In this document: one piece after another, positions 51,241 through 63,548 of the stretch
How the letters are laid out: each line of letters starts with the position of its first letter
Position numbering within the stretch: the first letter of the stretch is position 1
Assembly (NCBI GenBank): GCA_010015805.1
Contig: ML978143.1
Span: 1 to 64,000, forward strand
DNA from: Rhizodiscina lignyota
Taxonomy: Eukaryota
Reading direction: 5' to 3'
DNA: 64,000 nt
Notes under the pieces: generated by a model
The model's input: the letters and a program-made list of their open reading frames with translations, nothing else
Databases searched by the model: none
What the model was told of the DNA's origin: nothing
Program-made: the position numbers and the translations under genes

Positions 51241-51449
51241 GTAAGCCTCAAGCATATTCTTTGCAATGTCGACTTGCCCTTCTGTGTATCAAATTACAAC
51301 AAACATAAATTAGATTGGAAGATGACGCCCTCTACCGAGATTTCGTATTGTTCTGCCGCGCCGTGATGATCCATCCGTTATCCAGCGGCCAATTCTGAAT
51401 CCAACCTCACCCTCTCTGATGTATTGCTACTTGTAGTTGTAACAAGTCG

Positions 51450-52328
51450 CTAATTTTTACTGGTGTTCTGAGGGTCGGTGCAGCAGCTCCGCGAGAGTGT
51501 TGGCTTGAAGCCATGGTGATGAATCCCAGCCTCTAACAGATTTCCCGCCGAATCGAGCACTGCCTTTGCCACAGCCCATGCTGCCCCCTGTTCCTTCATC
51601 TTCTTGGCAATGCTCCAGAATTGGTGCTTTACAAAGTTGTCTCTCTTCATAGGATTCTCTTTGAAGCAACCCTTCCGTGTGGGACGCAAGTTGCAAGCTC
51701 CAGAGTACCAAGCCTCGATGTATTCGATCTCGTTCTCATACCGAGACGGCCCATCCAAACTCGCCTTGGAGTACCTCCTAAAGCTGAATTGTATACCATC
51801 CTCCTTTATGCGGTGCTGTTTCAAGAATTTGAGCACAGGCGCAACGCTATAATTTGTGGAGTGTACGCTGAAGCCGTTATCGCTGTAGAAGATCTTGCGC
51901 GCTTCTGCCCTTATTTGATGACATGTGCAGAGTAGAGGCGGCTCTTGTGGAGCGCTCTCGACACGGATCTTAAGGGGCACGTCTGCAAGTAGCGCGAACC
52001 GGTAAATCATGTTCCGAATCTCGCCAGGCAAGGCCAGGAAGCTCAGTGGTTGGGGTGTGTGTAGAGTGTCCAAGCTCTCATCTTCGACTGAATGGATGGT
52101 CAATCTCGATGGACTTTCAGTGCTTTGCGGTGTTTGCTCGTTGGGTGCTGCTAATGTAGTAGAAGCAGCAGCCATAGGTAGATTGTGTCTCTTTGAGGAT
52201 TCTTGTGGTTTTCGTGCGACTGGTATCTTTGGTGTTGCTGGAGTGAGTGCGACTTTTGGATAAATTTGGCTGGCTGCTGAGTGGGTTGAGGAAGGCTTTT
52301 CCCTGGACATGGAACGTGTGACTGGCAT
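51450..52328 (-). CDS. F-box-like/2EXR-type hypothetical protein
   Basis: SFLALPGEIRNMIYRFAL...PPLLCTCHQIRAEARKIFYSDNGF. Confidence 0.8.
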   Translation of the reverse strand: MPVTRSMSREKPSSTHSAASQIYPKVALTPATPKIPVARKPQESSKRHNLPMAAASTTLAAPNEQTPQSTESPSRLTIHSVEDESLDTLHTPQPLSFLALPGEIRNMIYRFALLADVPLKIRVESAPQEPPLLCTCHQIRAEARKIFYSDNGFSVHSTNYSVAPVLKFLKQHRIKEDGIQFSFRRYSKASLDGPSRYENEIEYIEAWYSGACNLRPTRKGCFKENPMKRDNFVKHQFWSIAKKMKEQGAAWAVAKAVLDSAGNLLEAGIHHHGFKPTLSRSCCTDPQNTSKN

Positions 52329-53108
52329 CTTCGAATTCAGTAGCCTTGGTAGGGGGTCGATGTTGTAGCTTTGGTTCATAGAAAGAGTTGTGAAAGATAA
52401 GATACAGAGAGGTATTGATGTTAGATTTAAATATGCAGTGGCGATAATGCGTGTTCAACCTTGCCAACACGTTGATTCTTCACCCAAAGTCGACCTCAGA
52501 ATTTTTTCTTTTGGAGTTAAAGAATGGTTCCATGTGACGCACGTTTCAGCAGACAAAACACAACCAAACCCTCATGTTCACTACGACCATCTCGTCGACA
52601 ATTTCACCTTCTATGCTCAAGACACGGGTCAGATTACCTCCCAAGCGAGCGATCCAGATTACAATGAATTCAGACTCTGAGATTTAGCGTGGATTTTCAG
52701 GAGGAAGACAGACTCAGCGGTAATAGATTTGACGTCTGCCAGGCTACGGGTCCAGCAAAGATTACCTCGACATTAAGCTGACCAGGACTACAGCATGAGA
52801 ACTCATCCTGGGAAATTTTGTTAATCCTCCATCTATGGAGCATAGAATGTTACAGGAGCATGGGCTTGTGCAGGAATGGGGAACCCAGGATGAGATATGG
52901 TGACGAGGAGTGCCCAGAGTGAAGGCGCAACTGCAGGTGCAAGTCCAAATCAAAGAAGAAAGCTAGCCAGCTGCCAGCGAATGATGGCCGATTCGCACTT
53001 TATTCTCTGCAGTGCTACAGTCGTCAATCATTCATGGAGATCCTCTCTGGAAAACCGTCTCCAGCAACCTTGTCGTGTAAGCCTACTCCGTACCCATTTT
53101 TCGTCAAC

Positions 53109-54710
53109 TCAATTGATTTCCGCACTTCTCATTTTGACAGTAGCCATAAACGGCTTCTTGTCCCAGACAATGCTCGCCCTCTGGCCCGTTGCCCACTCCT
53201 GGGAATCTTCACCCAATACGAAATCAAACTTGAGCAACACGCTGGCAAGAATCAAGCGAGCCTCATGCCATGCCAATCTGCGATATAAATTAGTGTGACA
53301 TGCATTTCCAAAACTTCTGTGAACGTACACCATGCCCAGGCAATTCTGTGCTCCCACTGAGAAGGGCTGGCATATCTCTCGAGCATCTGAGTCGTACTTT
53401 GGATCACCCAGCCACCTCTCCGGTACGAATGATTCAGGATCAGTCCAGTATTTGGGCAGCCGATAGGCCGTATACGGCGCCACCGAGACCTCAGTGCCAC
53501 CTGGGAGAGCCTCTCCGCAAATAATCGCACCTCCAGCAGGCAGCATGCGCAGCATGTTCGACGGTGCGGGTGGGTGCAGTCGGAGCGATTCCTTCAAGCA
53601 CGCGGTTAAGTATCTGACGCGCACTAGACTGTTCAAGGTAAGATCTCCATCATTTGCAAAAGCGGCGTCGAGTTCCTTAACCAGTTTGCGCATTGCTTCC
53701 TTGTTCTGCAGCAGGAAGAATGTTACAGCCGACAACAGGGTCGCCGTGGTCTCGGCACCCGCAAAGAGCAGCAGTTCGACGTTCATGTTCATCTCGTGCT
53801 GTGACATAGCGATGTTGCCCTCAGCGTCCTTCTGCGCAAACCTCCAAATATTCGCATCGGTACCGCCCTCGCGACGGTTCTTCACTTGTTCGGCGGAGAA
53901 GTTCGACATCTCGTAAGTGAGGAGCAAGAGTGGCAGAGCAACTAGATAGGTGTAGAGCCAGCCAAATATCAGGTATCTGCGCGAGATGATCATGGTGTGG
54001 TACACCCCCTCCGCTATAGACTCCCTCCGGGTGTTCTTGCGCGTTGGTCTGCTCCCGGTCAGCTCTGCCATGATGTGTGCCGTCGTGCGTGTATAAAGCT
54101 GGCACATCTCGGCCTCGATATTCTCCTCCTCCGCTACGTCCGCAAGTTTCAGAATTAATCTTTGGGTGTGTTTCTGCAGCATTGGCTCATATTCCTTCAC
54201 TGCTAGCCCCGAGAACGCGGCCGCAAAGACCTTCCGCTGCTTCGCGTGCGCTGGTCCATTCGCATTCGCCATGTTCGGCTCAATGTTCCAGCCATTGTAC
54301 ATCCTGCGATGTCGAATGATCGCGGCCTTGCCGACCGTCTTGTCGTAGATATCCTTCCATGCTGATGGCTTGACAAAGCTGAGCGCGTCGGGCCCGATGC
54401 GTACTACATCTCCATATTCAAGGTGCAGTCGGCGCACATGATGCAAATCGTGGCACACAAGGCGGGAGTAGAGGAATGGAAATGAGAACGCTGCGGAGAG
54501 TTTGGGGCCAGGATATTTGCGGAGCGGATGGAAGTAGACATTGTAGATGGCGCTCCAAGCAATCCCAATGACCCACTGTCGCGGGAATCAGTTGCTGGTG
54601 TACGACGAATAGGCGAGGATACTTACGAGAGATGATAGCGTAAACAAGACACTCCATTTGTCGTGCCCAGCAATCCAGGCATACAGGGCGCCAGTCGTCG
54701 TAAGCTCCAT
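53109..54710 (-). CDS. Cytochrome P450 (CYP65/Tri11-like clan), 3 exons
   Basis: YFHPLRKYPGP, LHLEYGDVVRIGP, AGAETT, ESLR, PERW and FSVGAQNCLG. Introns ~54576-54626 and 53278-53328 (51 nt, in frame). Confidence 0.92.
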
Positions 54711-56494
54711 CTCGGGTGTTCGTCTTGTCACTGGCCAAGTTGAAACTCGATGTTTGATTTGTTTCTGAAGGAAAGGAAATTTCATGAGGTTGTTTAGTTG
54801 CTGCCTTGGAATTCCTGCCGGTTTACTACTGATGTGTTACGGCTCGTACATCTGCTGTTTTAACTTTTGCTCTGGGAGATCATCCTAAGTACAGCGTGTT
54901 AAAAACATTAGCATAAGGTTGCTCACACGAAAGTCTATTCGGTGTTAATTTAACTTTAAATTGCTCTTTGTCGTGTGTTACGACTGCTCTTCAGTGGCCT
55001 CATGTCACAGGTTATTCAAACGGGAGCGTCTCTGGACCGAAAAGCGCTGTAACACTTACCTGTCAGGACACAGCGAAGACATCTCTACGTGAATTCTAGC
55101 AATCTGCCCTACCTGCCGGGGCTTGGCCTGGAGGGTGATAAATAGCTAACCGCCAGGCAAGCTGTAACGTCTAAATCCAGTGGGCCAGTGGCTCTCGCAT
55201 TTCAAGGCAGATGAGACTGCGTCTCAGATCTTAGTCCTACGTTCTTTGGAGTGCATTTGACAATGACATACCGTTAAAGGCCCAATAGAATTCATTGCAT
55301 CGTAGGAGCTATTCATTGTAGTTGTTCAGCGCCTTGAAAGAAGCAGCCAACCTTTTGGTCCCCCTCGGGGTATGGCGTAGGATAGCAACGCATTATCGGG
55401 TGAGGCTTCATGGCTAGAAGAATCTAGAAAATGTCAGCGTACTACCCAACAAGGGATACCGCTGCGCCTCTGGAATACGGAGGAGCTGAGTAGGCTTGTA
55501 GTTTCTCGCGAGCGTACGAAAGAGCTAGCTAGAATGCAGAGAGCGAAGGTCGACGGAACAACGGAGGTTTGCGGTGATCTGCTGCCCAGGCGCCTGCTCC
55601 CTGAACGCTAGAAGCACTATCCTTGCGTGATCCACCCAGACCTTGGTTGGATCCCACCTAGCCCTAGGTGGCTTTGGCCCCCTAAATCGGATGATCTCCA
55701 GCAGACCCGTCCGCTCGGGAGAAACTGGATCCTTCGCTCGCCGAGGTGACGATGTCATTCCACTCTCAGCCATCAGGATTCAGCCATCGCCAAATCAACA
55801 AAGCCTCATTATCTTGGTGACAAACAACGCGCCGAAATGGCATTGTCTCCCTCGCTCTCCGACCTTCGCAGCTGAACAATCACCCCACGCCCCGACTGAG
55901 CTTCCACAGTGCCGTGATATGAGCGTCCACAAACAGAGCCAATCGCGGAAATTTTCGTCATTGCTCCTCAACCCGCGGATCAGACCGAGACAGGAGCTTG
56001 ACCCAGGCGGCGATCTGTCAAGACGCCACAGCACAAACTAATGCATCCACAATACTCCGCGGTGTTTAGGGGACGCCAATCACTGTTCACTGCAAGTGCA
56101 GGACGCTATGTCGCGATCCTGTTGGTATGCTGATGAGTATCTTCCTATTTTCCTTGTTTTGTTGCCATTTCTCCGTCGACGAACGCGCTCTTCACCCATC
56201 TTTCGCCTCTTACCAATGCAAATAATCGAGTATCTGACTTTAGTGCCGCTTGCATGAGAATTATCCCATTTCGTTGGAATTCTTAACATTGAAGTCGTTG
56301 ACCTTGAGGCCACTTCCGCCCCACGTTACACCCGTACTATGAATGGAGCTGGGACGACGCTCCTGCTCAGCCCTTGAGAACAGAAGCTTACCGACGGTTT
56401 TGAATGAAGGTACACAATTGATTCGACTTGTCTCAGTCCTAGATCAGACGGACATGAATCGCTGATCAAAAGTCGTAGATCTATCACTCGAATA

Positions 56495-58123
56495 ATGTCA
56501 TGTAGAAGTTCCCCACGAAGCTCACAAATTTTCGACCCCGACTTCATTCTCCGAATCAAGACACCTGGCAGTAACGAGATTTTCTGTACCGGGAAAGGTC
56601 GGAGCAAGGCCCGCTGCAGCTCCACGCTCAATGGAACTACGCGAGAGGAAGTCCTCGCGACACTTCAGAAGATGTCGACCATGCGCCCGGGCAGGGCGAC
56701 TCAGCTGCTGCCAGAACTTGCAAGACTAACCCTCCACTGCGACAACCACAAGAGCCAAGTCGATGAGCGTGTGCGGGAGTGGACCAAGTTCCTCCACCGA
56801 GCAGAATCTGTCATCGCCAACGGCAGTACCTGCTCATTCCCAGACTTCAAAGATGTCGAAAACAAGCATCTCAGGCTCGCACTCTGGGAACTGGAGGTGG
56901 TGAAGAGGGAACTCCAAGAGAACAAAGACCGGGCGAAGCGCCAAGCCAGGGCTCTTCGCTCCCTCGCACAGATGCATATAGAGAGCCAGCAGCAGCTTGC
57001 AGGGCAGCTGCAGCGAGCAATGACCCTCGATCGAGAACTGGCGGCGAGCCGGGCAGAGAGGATGAAGCTGGCTGTGAAGCTCGAAAGGCAGGAGAGGGTG
57101 TACGTGGCTTTGAAGGCACACCACAGCGAACTTCAGGCTGCGTTCAACGATACGGACGAAATCCACGAACAGATACTGCAGAAGTTGAGGAGTGAAACTC
57201 CCGATGCAGCTGTTCAGGTAATCGAGCCTTCAGTGCCGGATACAAACCCCCAGTCTGTTCCTCCAATGATGTCCCGTACAACCATTCAGTCGCTCGCTCT
57301 TTCGGTGCATCGTCAACTCGAAGAAAGCCAAGCCTACTGGCAGCGGACGGAAGCAGCGCTCAAAGAAAGGTTAAGCGTCTTGGAAGAAAGGGTTAGCGAG
57401 TCTCTTCAAGAAGCCGCCGAGGCGAAAGAGAGAGAAGTGGTGTTACTGAGAGATCTGGCTTTGGCCAAAGAACAGCAGGAGATGAATGAAGAAGGTCAGC
57501 GCCGCGTGCAGAGCCAACTGGAGAAGTTCCAGGCCCAACTGGAGGAGTGCCAGACCCAGCTGCACGAGCATCAGAGTCAGCTAGAGGAACGCCAAAGACA
57601 ATTGCAGGAATGCCAAAGTCAACTAGAGGAATGCCAAAACAAATTCCAGGTGCAACAGATCCAACTGGAAGAACGCCAAAGCAAGTTGCAGGAGTGCCAG
57701 AGTCGGCTAGAGGAGTCTCGAACCCAATTCCAGGCACAACAGGCTCAGCTACAGCACAGCCAAGAAAAAGCTCAAAAGCTACAGGGGACGCTGGAGGATA
57801 CTCAAAATCGAGAGACGAAACTGTCTGTCGATCTGGGGCAAGCTCAGTCCGACTTGGACAAGGCAGCGGAGAAGCTCAAGTCAATGGAAGTGCAACAGGA
57901 GGACCGGAACGATTACCACAGGCTATCGGAGAGACTGAGAACTGCGGATGCGCTGGAAGCATCAAAACTGAAACACCGCATTAGCATGCTGGAAGGACAG
58001 CTTAATGAGACTGTCGACTACAAGATTCGAGGCTGGGTTGCAAGATTCAAAGAGAGAATGCAATATGGCCATCAAAGGCATTACGGCGATAGAAAGAGCC
58101 GAAGGAGAACATGGGAGTGGTGA
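56495..58123 (+). CDS. Long coiled-coil protein with N-terminal Cys/His (Zn-binding-like) domain
   Basis: CTG...RC...LARLTLHCDNHKSQ...W N-terminal domain followed by an extended Q/E-rich heptad region. Intact 542-aa ORF. Confidence 0.8.
   Translation: MSCRSSPRSSQIFDPDFILRIKTPGSNEIFCTGKGRSKARCSSTLNGTTREEVLATLQKMSTMRPGRATQLLPELARLTLHCDNHKSQVDERVREWTKFLHRAESVIANGSTCSFPDFKDVENKHLRLALWELEVVKRELQENKDRAKRQARALRSLAQMHIESQQQLAGQLQRAMTLDRELAASRAERMKLAVKLERQERVYVALKAHHSELQAAFNDTDEIHEQILQKLRSETPDAAVQVIEPSVPDTNPQSVPPMMSRTTIQSLALSVHRQLEESQAYWQRTEAALKERLSVLEERVSESLQEAAEAKEREVVLLRDLALAKEQQEMNEEGQRRVQSQLEKFQAQLEECQTQLHEHQSQLEERQRQLQECQSQLEECQNKFQVQQIQLEERQSKLQECQSRLEESRTQFQAQQAQLQHSQEKAQKLQGTLEDTQNRETKLSVDLGQAQSDLDKAAEKLKSMEVQQEDRNDYHRLSERLRTADALEASKLKHRISMLEGQLNETVDYKIRGWVARFKERMQYGHQRHYGDRKSRRRTWEW
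57515..57766 (+). repeat. Coding minisatellite: 12 x 21-bp heptad units with an 84-bp higher-order duplication
   Basis: Units such as caactggaggagtgccagacc, cagctagaggaacgccaaaga and caattgcaggaatgccaaagt. Confidence 0.85.
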
Positions 58124-58741
58124 AGAAGGGCCGAGAATACGGTCTACTTTCTTTGGCGAGTCAGACGGCCGAATCAGGGAACTGGACGACACTGTCGGGT
58201 AGGGCATGTTGCGGTTGCAGGCTGCAAGTTCAATAATGATATATATCTAACCAAGCACATGAAAGAGTCTCTTCATTAGTCTTTTAACTTCTACACTCTT
58301 GTTTCTATCCATCTAACTGCTCCAAATGGAGTCTGACCAGTATTCTTTGTTCCCTGTCTTAATATCTTCCAAGCCGAGTGACACCGTCTCGTAGAGTTTC
58401 TCGCAAAGTCAAATGAGTGCAAGCTCAGCTGTTGTGTTGTATACGTACCAATGATCTGCGAAGACTGCAACGTGACTCTTAACCTTTCCACCCAACAGTT
58501 ATCTCTTATGCTTCAGTCACGACAATGTCCGCGCCGGTCTAATTGGGAAGACGGCAAATGTAGTACAAGGTAACTCCCCATTTGTGAATTCTCTATAGTT
58601 GCAGCCCCAACCAGCCTACACGGCGTTAGAATATACACACGCTTTTTAATAGACAAGGTCATTGGTATCGTTGCAGAACGCCACCAAATTTCAAAACCGC
58701 AAATACCAAAGACCAGCCATATGAGAGAAAGACAAACTGCC

Positions 58742-61700
58742 TTATCTCCTCCCTCTAAAATAATCGTAGCTCGTATCCGCAGCACCAAGAGGCTTCCTCT
58801 CAAGCTCCGGCGACACCGGCTCGCCCGGCGTCGCGACGCCCATTGGCGCCGCAGCCCTGAGGATATTCTCCGTGCTCCGATCAGGGCTGGATTCCCTCAT
58901 CGTCGGGGTATGATGATATCCCGCAGGGTACGTCGTGCCTGCCGCGCCATCCAACACACTTCCACCCTCTTTCAGCGTCCGCTCCGACTCTCGAGAGACA
59001 CTGCGGGTGCTGTCATGGTACGGCGAGAAATCTCTTTCACGCGAACGGCTCGGGGAATCAGAATTACTCGTGTACGTCCTGCCCGTGCCCGGACGGATCA
59101 AATCCTCCGGTCTACCATACAGTTCTCCATCGCCGCCGTGCTCGCCGCGGAAGTCGGGGCGCTTCTTGTAGTTCTCAAAGTCGAGCTCGGACTCGTTAAC
59201 GAACTCGAACGGTCCCGATCCGGGAGCTTTCTTGCCGGCCTGCGTCTTGGACATGTTCTTCATGCTGTACACGTCGCTGTATCCCGCGACGCTAACGGCG
59301 TCGGTGTCAGTGTCCAGGCGGCCATGGTAGATCTCTCCAAGGAGGTGCTGGGCCTTGGCGTGCACCATGGGAGTCATTAGGGGCTTGTAGAGCGCCGGGT
59401 GGCCGAAGCGGACGGCAACACGGTCACTGCGACGGGATTGCTTGTCGCCTGTCGTGGGACTTTCAACATCTTTGAGACTGCGGCGGATGTAGTACGCGAT
59501 CTGCTGATCGAATGTCCTCTTGCAGTAGAGCTTGAAGCCGAGGAGAAGGAACGGCAGTCCGGCCATGACGCCGAGCATTACCCAACTGTATCCGTTGGCT
59601 TTCACGACGAGAGCAACGACAATGTCGGACAGGAGCATTGCGAAGAGCATGCGGTTGAATAGAATACGCCAGAATACACCACCGGATTCTGTCTTTGTCA
59701 CAAAGACGTACCTGCCTTGGTTAACACACTGTATGAATTGACTTCATGTTGTGGAGAAGACTTACATGACGAGGTACTTTTTCAGAAAACTGTCTATACA
59801 AAAGTAGATTGCAGTGACTGGCAGAACGAGCGGCTGAAGCGTTGCAAAGCAGAGCGCAACAGTAGTATAGAACAAGAAATAGTTGTAGTACGACGCGTAA
59901 TCAAATGGCGGCGGTGCCGTCCATTCGATGAGCTGTCGAGGAGTTGGATGCATAAACCTGCGAGCAAATGAACTCTTGGCCAGGTTCACGACTTGCGACA
60001 AGTCAATTGCAGCGCCGAGATTGCGCTGGAGGAGCCAAGAGAGCCAGAACGGTGACAAGTTTGACAAGGCGATCATAATGTGAGAGAAGACTTGGGAATC
60101 CTCAAGTGCCTCCCATGCGCTCTTGTCTTCTCTCCGTGCTGAGATGATATCGGACACAAACTGCCAGAGTGCCCCGAAGATGGAAAACAGGACCAGGTTG
60201 TTGAGGACGAAGAAAGCGTAGAGCTTATTCGTCACGTGCCTGTCTCGCGATGTTTTCGTGGTATCGCCGGCCAGCATAGACAGCCTTCGGAAGATCGCAG
60301 GGAGAAAGTAGTAAAAGAGCGACGTGATTGCCGGTGACAGAATACCTTGGACAGCCGCCCACAGTTTCGGATCCCGTTCCAGTTCCTTCTGGAATGCCGG
60401 CCAGACTTTACCCAGGTTTGCCAAGTTAGTGAGGAAAACGGCGATGAGGATGTTAGGAACAATCCAAACTGCGGTGAGCAGAGTGATCCAGAGATTGTTG
60501 ATAATTCCGTTGCGCCTCCGATCCTGCTTGCTCATAGCCATATTCTTCCATATAATGTCGGTCGGTCGTGGAGCCAACCGAACGGTTGAGCCTTGTGGAT
60601 GCTTGCCCTTTGCCGCGAACGCAACACCGTGAGCCTCATCGACTGTGCCATAGCTAGCAAAACCGTACGGCATGGCGTTCCGATTGTCGATTGAAAGGCG
60701 GACCTCTTTGATTCGAGCCTCTAGGTCTTTAATGCGGCCCGTCAAATAATCAATAGCATCCACTTTCTCCTTGCTGTTGATAGATTTGTCTTTCTTCGAG
60801 GGCTTGCACATGGGTCGTTTGGGAGGGAGCTTGTCTGGATTTTTCAGGTACTTTGCAAGAACCGCTTCCAGATCTCGGACAGCGTCTTCGTGCTCTTCAA
60901 TAAGATCGGGCAGCTCTTTCATGTTGCGAGAAATGACTCCTCTTGGAGGATCGTTGGCCATCTTCGCCTCTTCCACAATCTTCACAACACCCTCGTCTGT
61001 TCTCAGGTCCCTGGGAATATCGTTGATCTGCGATTGTCAGCCATCTATTATCCGCGTGGAATTAATCCACTTACCATTAAAGTTCGTGCGTGCAAACTCG
61101 ATTGATATTCCTGACTTTCGAAGTAGTACTTCCGCAACCGAACCACGGCACGATAATTCCACCAGAGGAAGAAGCAGATTATGATGTTGAAGGCGTATGC
61201 TGTCGCCACGAAGGCCCAGTAAATTTCTCCGAACATGTATTGCGGTGTCATTTTCATGAGCACCGATATGTTGGTCCACTGCTTGTACAGTCCTTTGCCT
61301 CCAAACACGTTGACCGGGATTAAGATGGCACATCCAACGATTGACAGCACTAAGAACATGTTGCGGCACATTCTCGTGAAGCGGAGGAACAATGTCGCGT
61401 CCATGCCCACCTTCTCCACCATCAGATGCTCCTTTGTTGTCAGGACGGGTTTGATCCAGGCCCATGGGCTCTTGCCCAGGGGTGGAGGAGCGTGCTTCTC
61501 GTCGGCATGTCGTAATCTCGGCGCGTAGACGACGGTATTGTAGGGTCGGAGGAAGCAGAAGAGGAGCGTGACAAGCAGTGTGAAGCCGAGAGAGGTGCCC
61601 AGTGAGGCTAAAGCGGCATCTGATTGTATCTGAGAGATGTCAGTTCCCAAAGGACGCGTCATCGAAGCAATTGGCTCATGCTACCTGTGTCTGGAATGGA

Positions 61701-61795
61701 TTTGAAAAGAGATTAAGGAAATCTTGAGACGAGCTGTTGGTAGATGGTGCAGCGTCGTCGTCGCGACGCAGGAAGATGCTGAAGCTCGCATCCAT
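58742..61795 (-). CDS. OSCA/TMEM63 (CSC1/RSN1/PHM7, DUF221) calcium-permeable stress-gated channel, 4 exons
   Basis: LRPYNTVVYAPR, GMDATLFLRF, SLHARTLM, LAPRPTDIIWKN, PPPFDYASYY, KYLVM/YVFVTKTESGG. Introns ~61630-61684, ~61028-61073 and ~59713-59764. Confidence 0.95.
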
Positions 61796-63194
61796 ACTGG
61801 AAAGACACAAGGAAATACCCGAAGACTGCGAGGGGAGGGTACGGAGACGAGGTTTCCGCAGTATTAACGAAGGACCATGAAGAAAGGGGGAAAGAAGTGA
61901 ACAGGCCGATGCAAGCTCAGCAGCAGTCGGCAGTAATTGTGACGTGGCAGGTGGTGGTAGTGACGGTATGAAGTCAAGCAAACAAAGAGTGGTGAAGAAG
62001 GCGTCCCGCGGACATGTATAGAGAGTGAATAAAGGGACAATGGAGCAAGAGGGCTGCTTGTTGGGATGTTAACCCTGTAGGGCGGTCGATAGGCGCGTGT
62101 TGGCCGCGATAAATTTGGGTTGGCGCCGACCGCGGCCCAGCCAAGTCGGCAGCGCTGGGTACCTGCGTGCCTCGTGTCATCGCGCCCCGGCACGCGTCTA
62201 GACGGGCCGGCGTGAAACCGTTTCGCATTCTGCCTCCAACCAGTCCTCGTACACAGGCACATCGCGAAACGTCCAAGTCTGTTGCCGCTCCAGCTCCTTC
62301 CCCTCGCCAACATCGGAAGCGCTCGAACAGCTCATTCTCCACTCCACACTCTTGTACGGAGAATGGAGAGAAGTCAATGCGTGACTCGAGATTGCCACAA
62401 CTGTCAATAGTGGAGCGGAGTGGCTGTGTGGTACGAAGCTCGCCCATCAGGGCAGAGAGAGGACTTTGCCCTCACCTCTACACCCATGCTCTACGTGCTC
62501 CGAGGACTGTTTTTGAGCTTGCAGCGACATGGTTGCAGTGCCGCTCTGCTGCAACTAGGAGAAGTGTTTGAGCATTGACGAGAGCCGTTTCGGACTCACC
62601 GCTTGCCTAAACCTGTGCTCTCTTGATCCTTCGCTCATGTAGAGGCCGAGCGATACCACTCAGCCATCGCGCCCAAATTCTGGACTGGAATATGTTTGAC
62701 GGATATCTTGGTAGGTACGTTGCATAACAGGCAGCAGTCGTCGTGGGAGGAGCAACCCGTGGAGGAGGAGCGAGACATCTGAGCCTCACCTCGCCATGAT
62801 GGGGAAAATCGCGACAGCATATATATCTTACAGCTGAGTGCCGAGAGCATTGAGAGAGGAAGGAGCGCCCAGACGATCGGGATGCGGAGCTGGAAACGCC
62901 TGCACATGAGCGACTCTGCCCCGAAGAGATACAGGGTGATAGGCACCACGAGAGACCTCCAGAGACATATTTGGTGACAGATTAGCACACGAATAATGGA
63001 GAAACTTGGTGTCTTGTGATTTGTGGCATTGCTCAAGATTCGGCAAGTCGATAGCAAGCTTGCCCATGAAAAGTCGAGCCAGACAACGACTGGGAGATTC
63101 CTCTATCATTTCATATAATGGCGTAAATCGTGCTCGACCTGATCCGTTCCCCGTCATTTTCTTGTTCAAGTCATTGCGACCAGCACCCCAACCC

Positions 63195-63548
63195 TTAAAC
63201 GCAAATCCCCTTATTCTTCTCCCCTTCACCAACCCTTGGATCATCGACGCATATCATCCCCTTCGAACAGGACCTCTTCCCATCGCGGACCTTACACGGC
63301 ACGTCCTTGACGCAAATGCCAGGTGCGTCGCACGCCATACCGCAACCTCCACTCCTCGGATCGTCGATGCACACATCGTCCTTCGGACATGGGAGCGGTG
63401 TGATCCGGAAGCCGCCGCAGGCCCGGTACGTCGGTGTCGGCTGCGGATACGGTGTCGATGAGGTTGGAGATCGTTCTTGATGACTAGCTGCGTAAGTTGA
63501 AGTTGCAGCGAAGAGGACGAGGATTGGAACAAAGAGGATGAACTTCAT
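63195..63548 (-). CDS. Small secreted cysteine-rich protein (10 Cys, duplicated C.DDPR...GICV module)
   Basis: Signal peptide MKFILFVPILVLFAA, then CGG..CP...CIDDPR..GCGMACDAPGICV and C...C...CVDDPR......GICV. Confidence 0.85.
   Translation of the reverse strand: MKFILFVPILVLFAATSTYAASHQERSPTSSTPYPQPTPTYRACGGFRITPLPCPKDDVCIDDPRSGGCGMACDAPGICVKDVPCKVRDGKRSCSKGMICVDDPRVGEGEKNKGICV

Noticed and set aside
51363..51419. GTGATGA...CTGA...CTGA box C/D snoRNA-like pattern
   Set aside because: Too short, with no C' box or terminal stem, and it lies between convergent 3' ends.
55050..55120. ACACTTACCTG resembling the U1 snRNA 5' end
   Set aside because: No U1-70K loop, TTGCAC loop or Sm site follows. 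It is more simply a minus-strand CAG/GTAAGT donor or chance.
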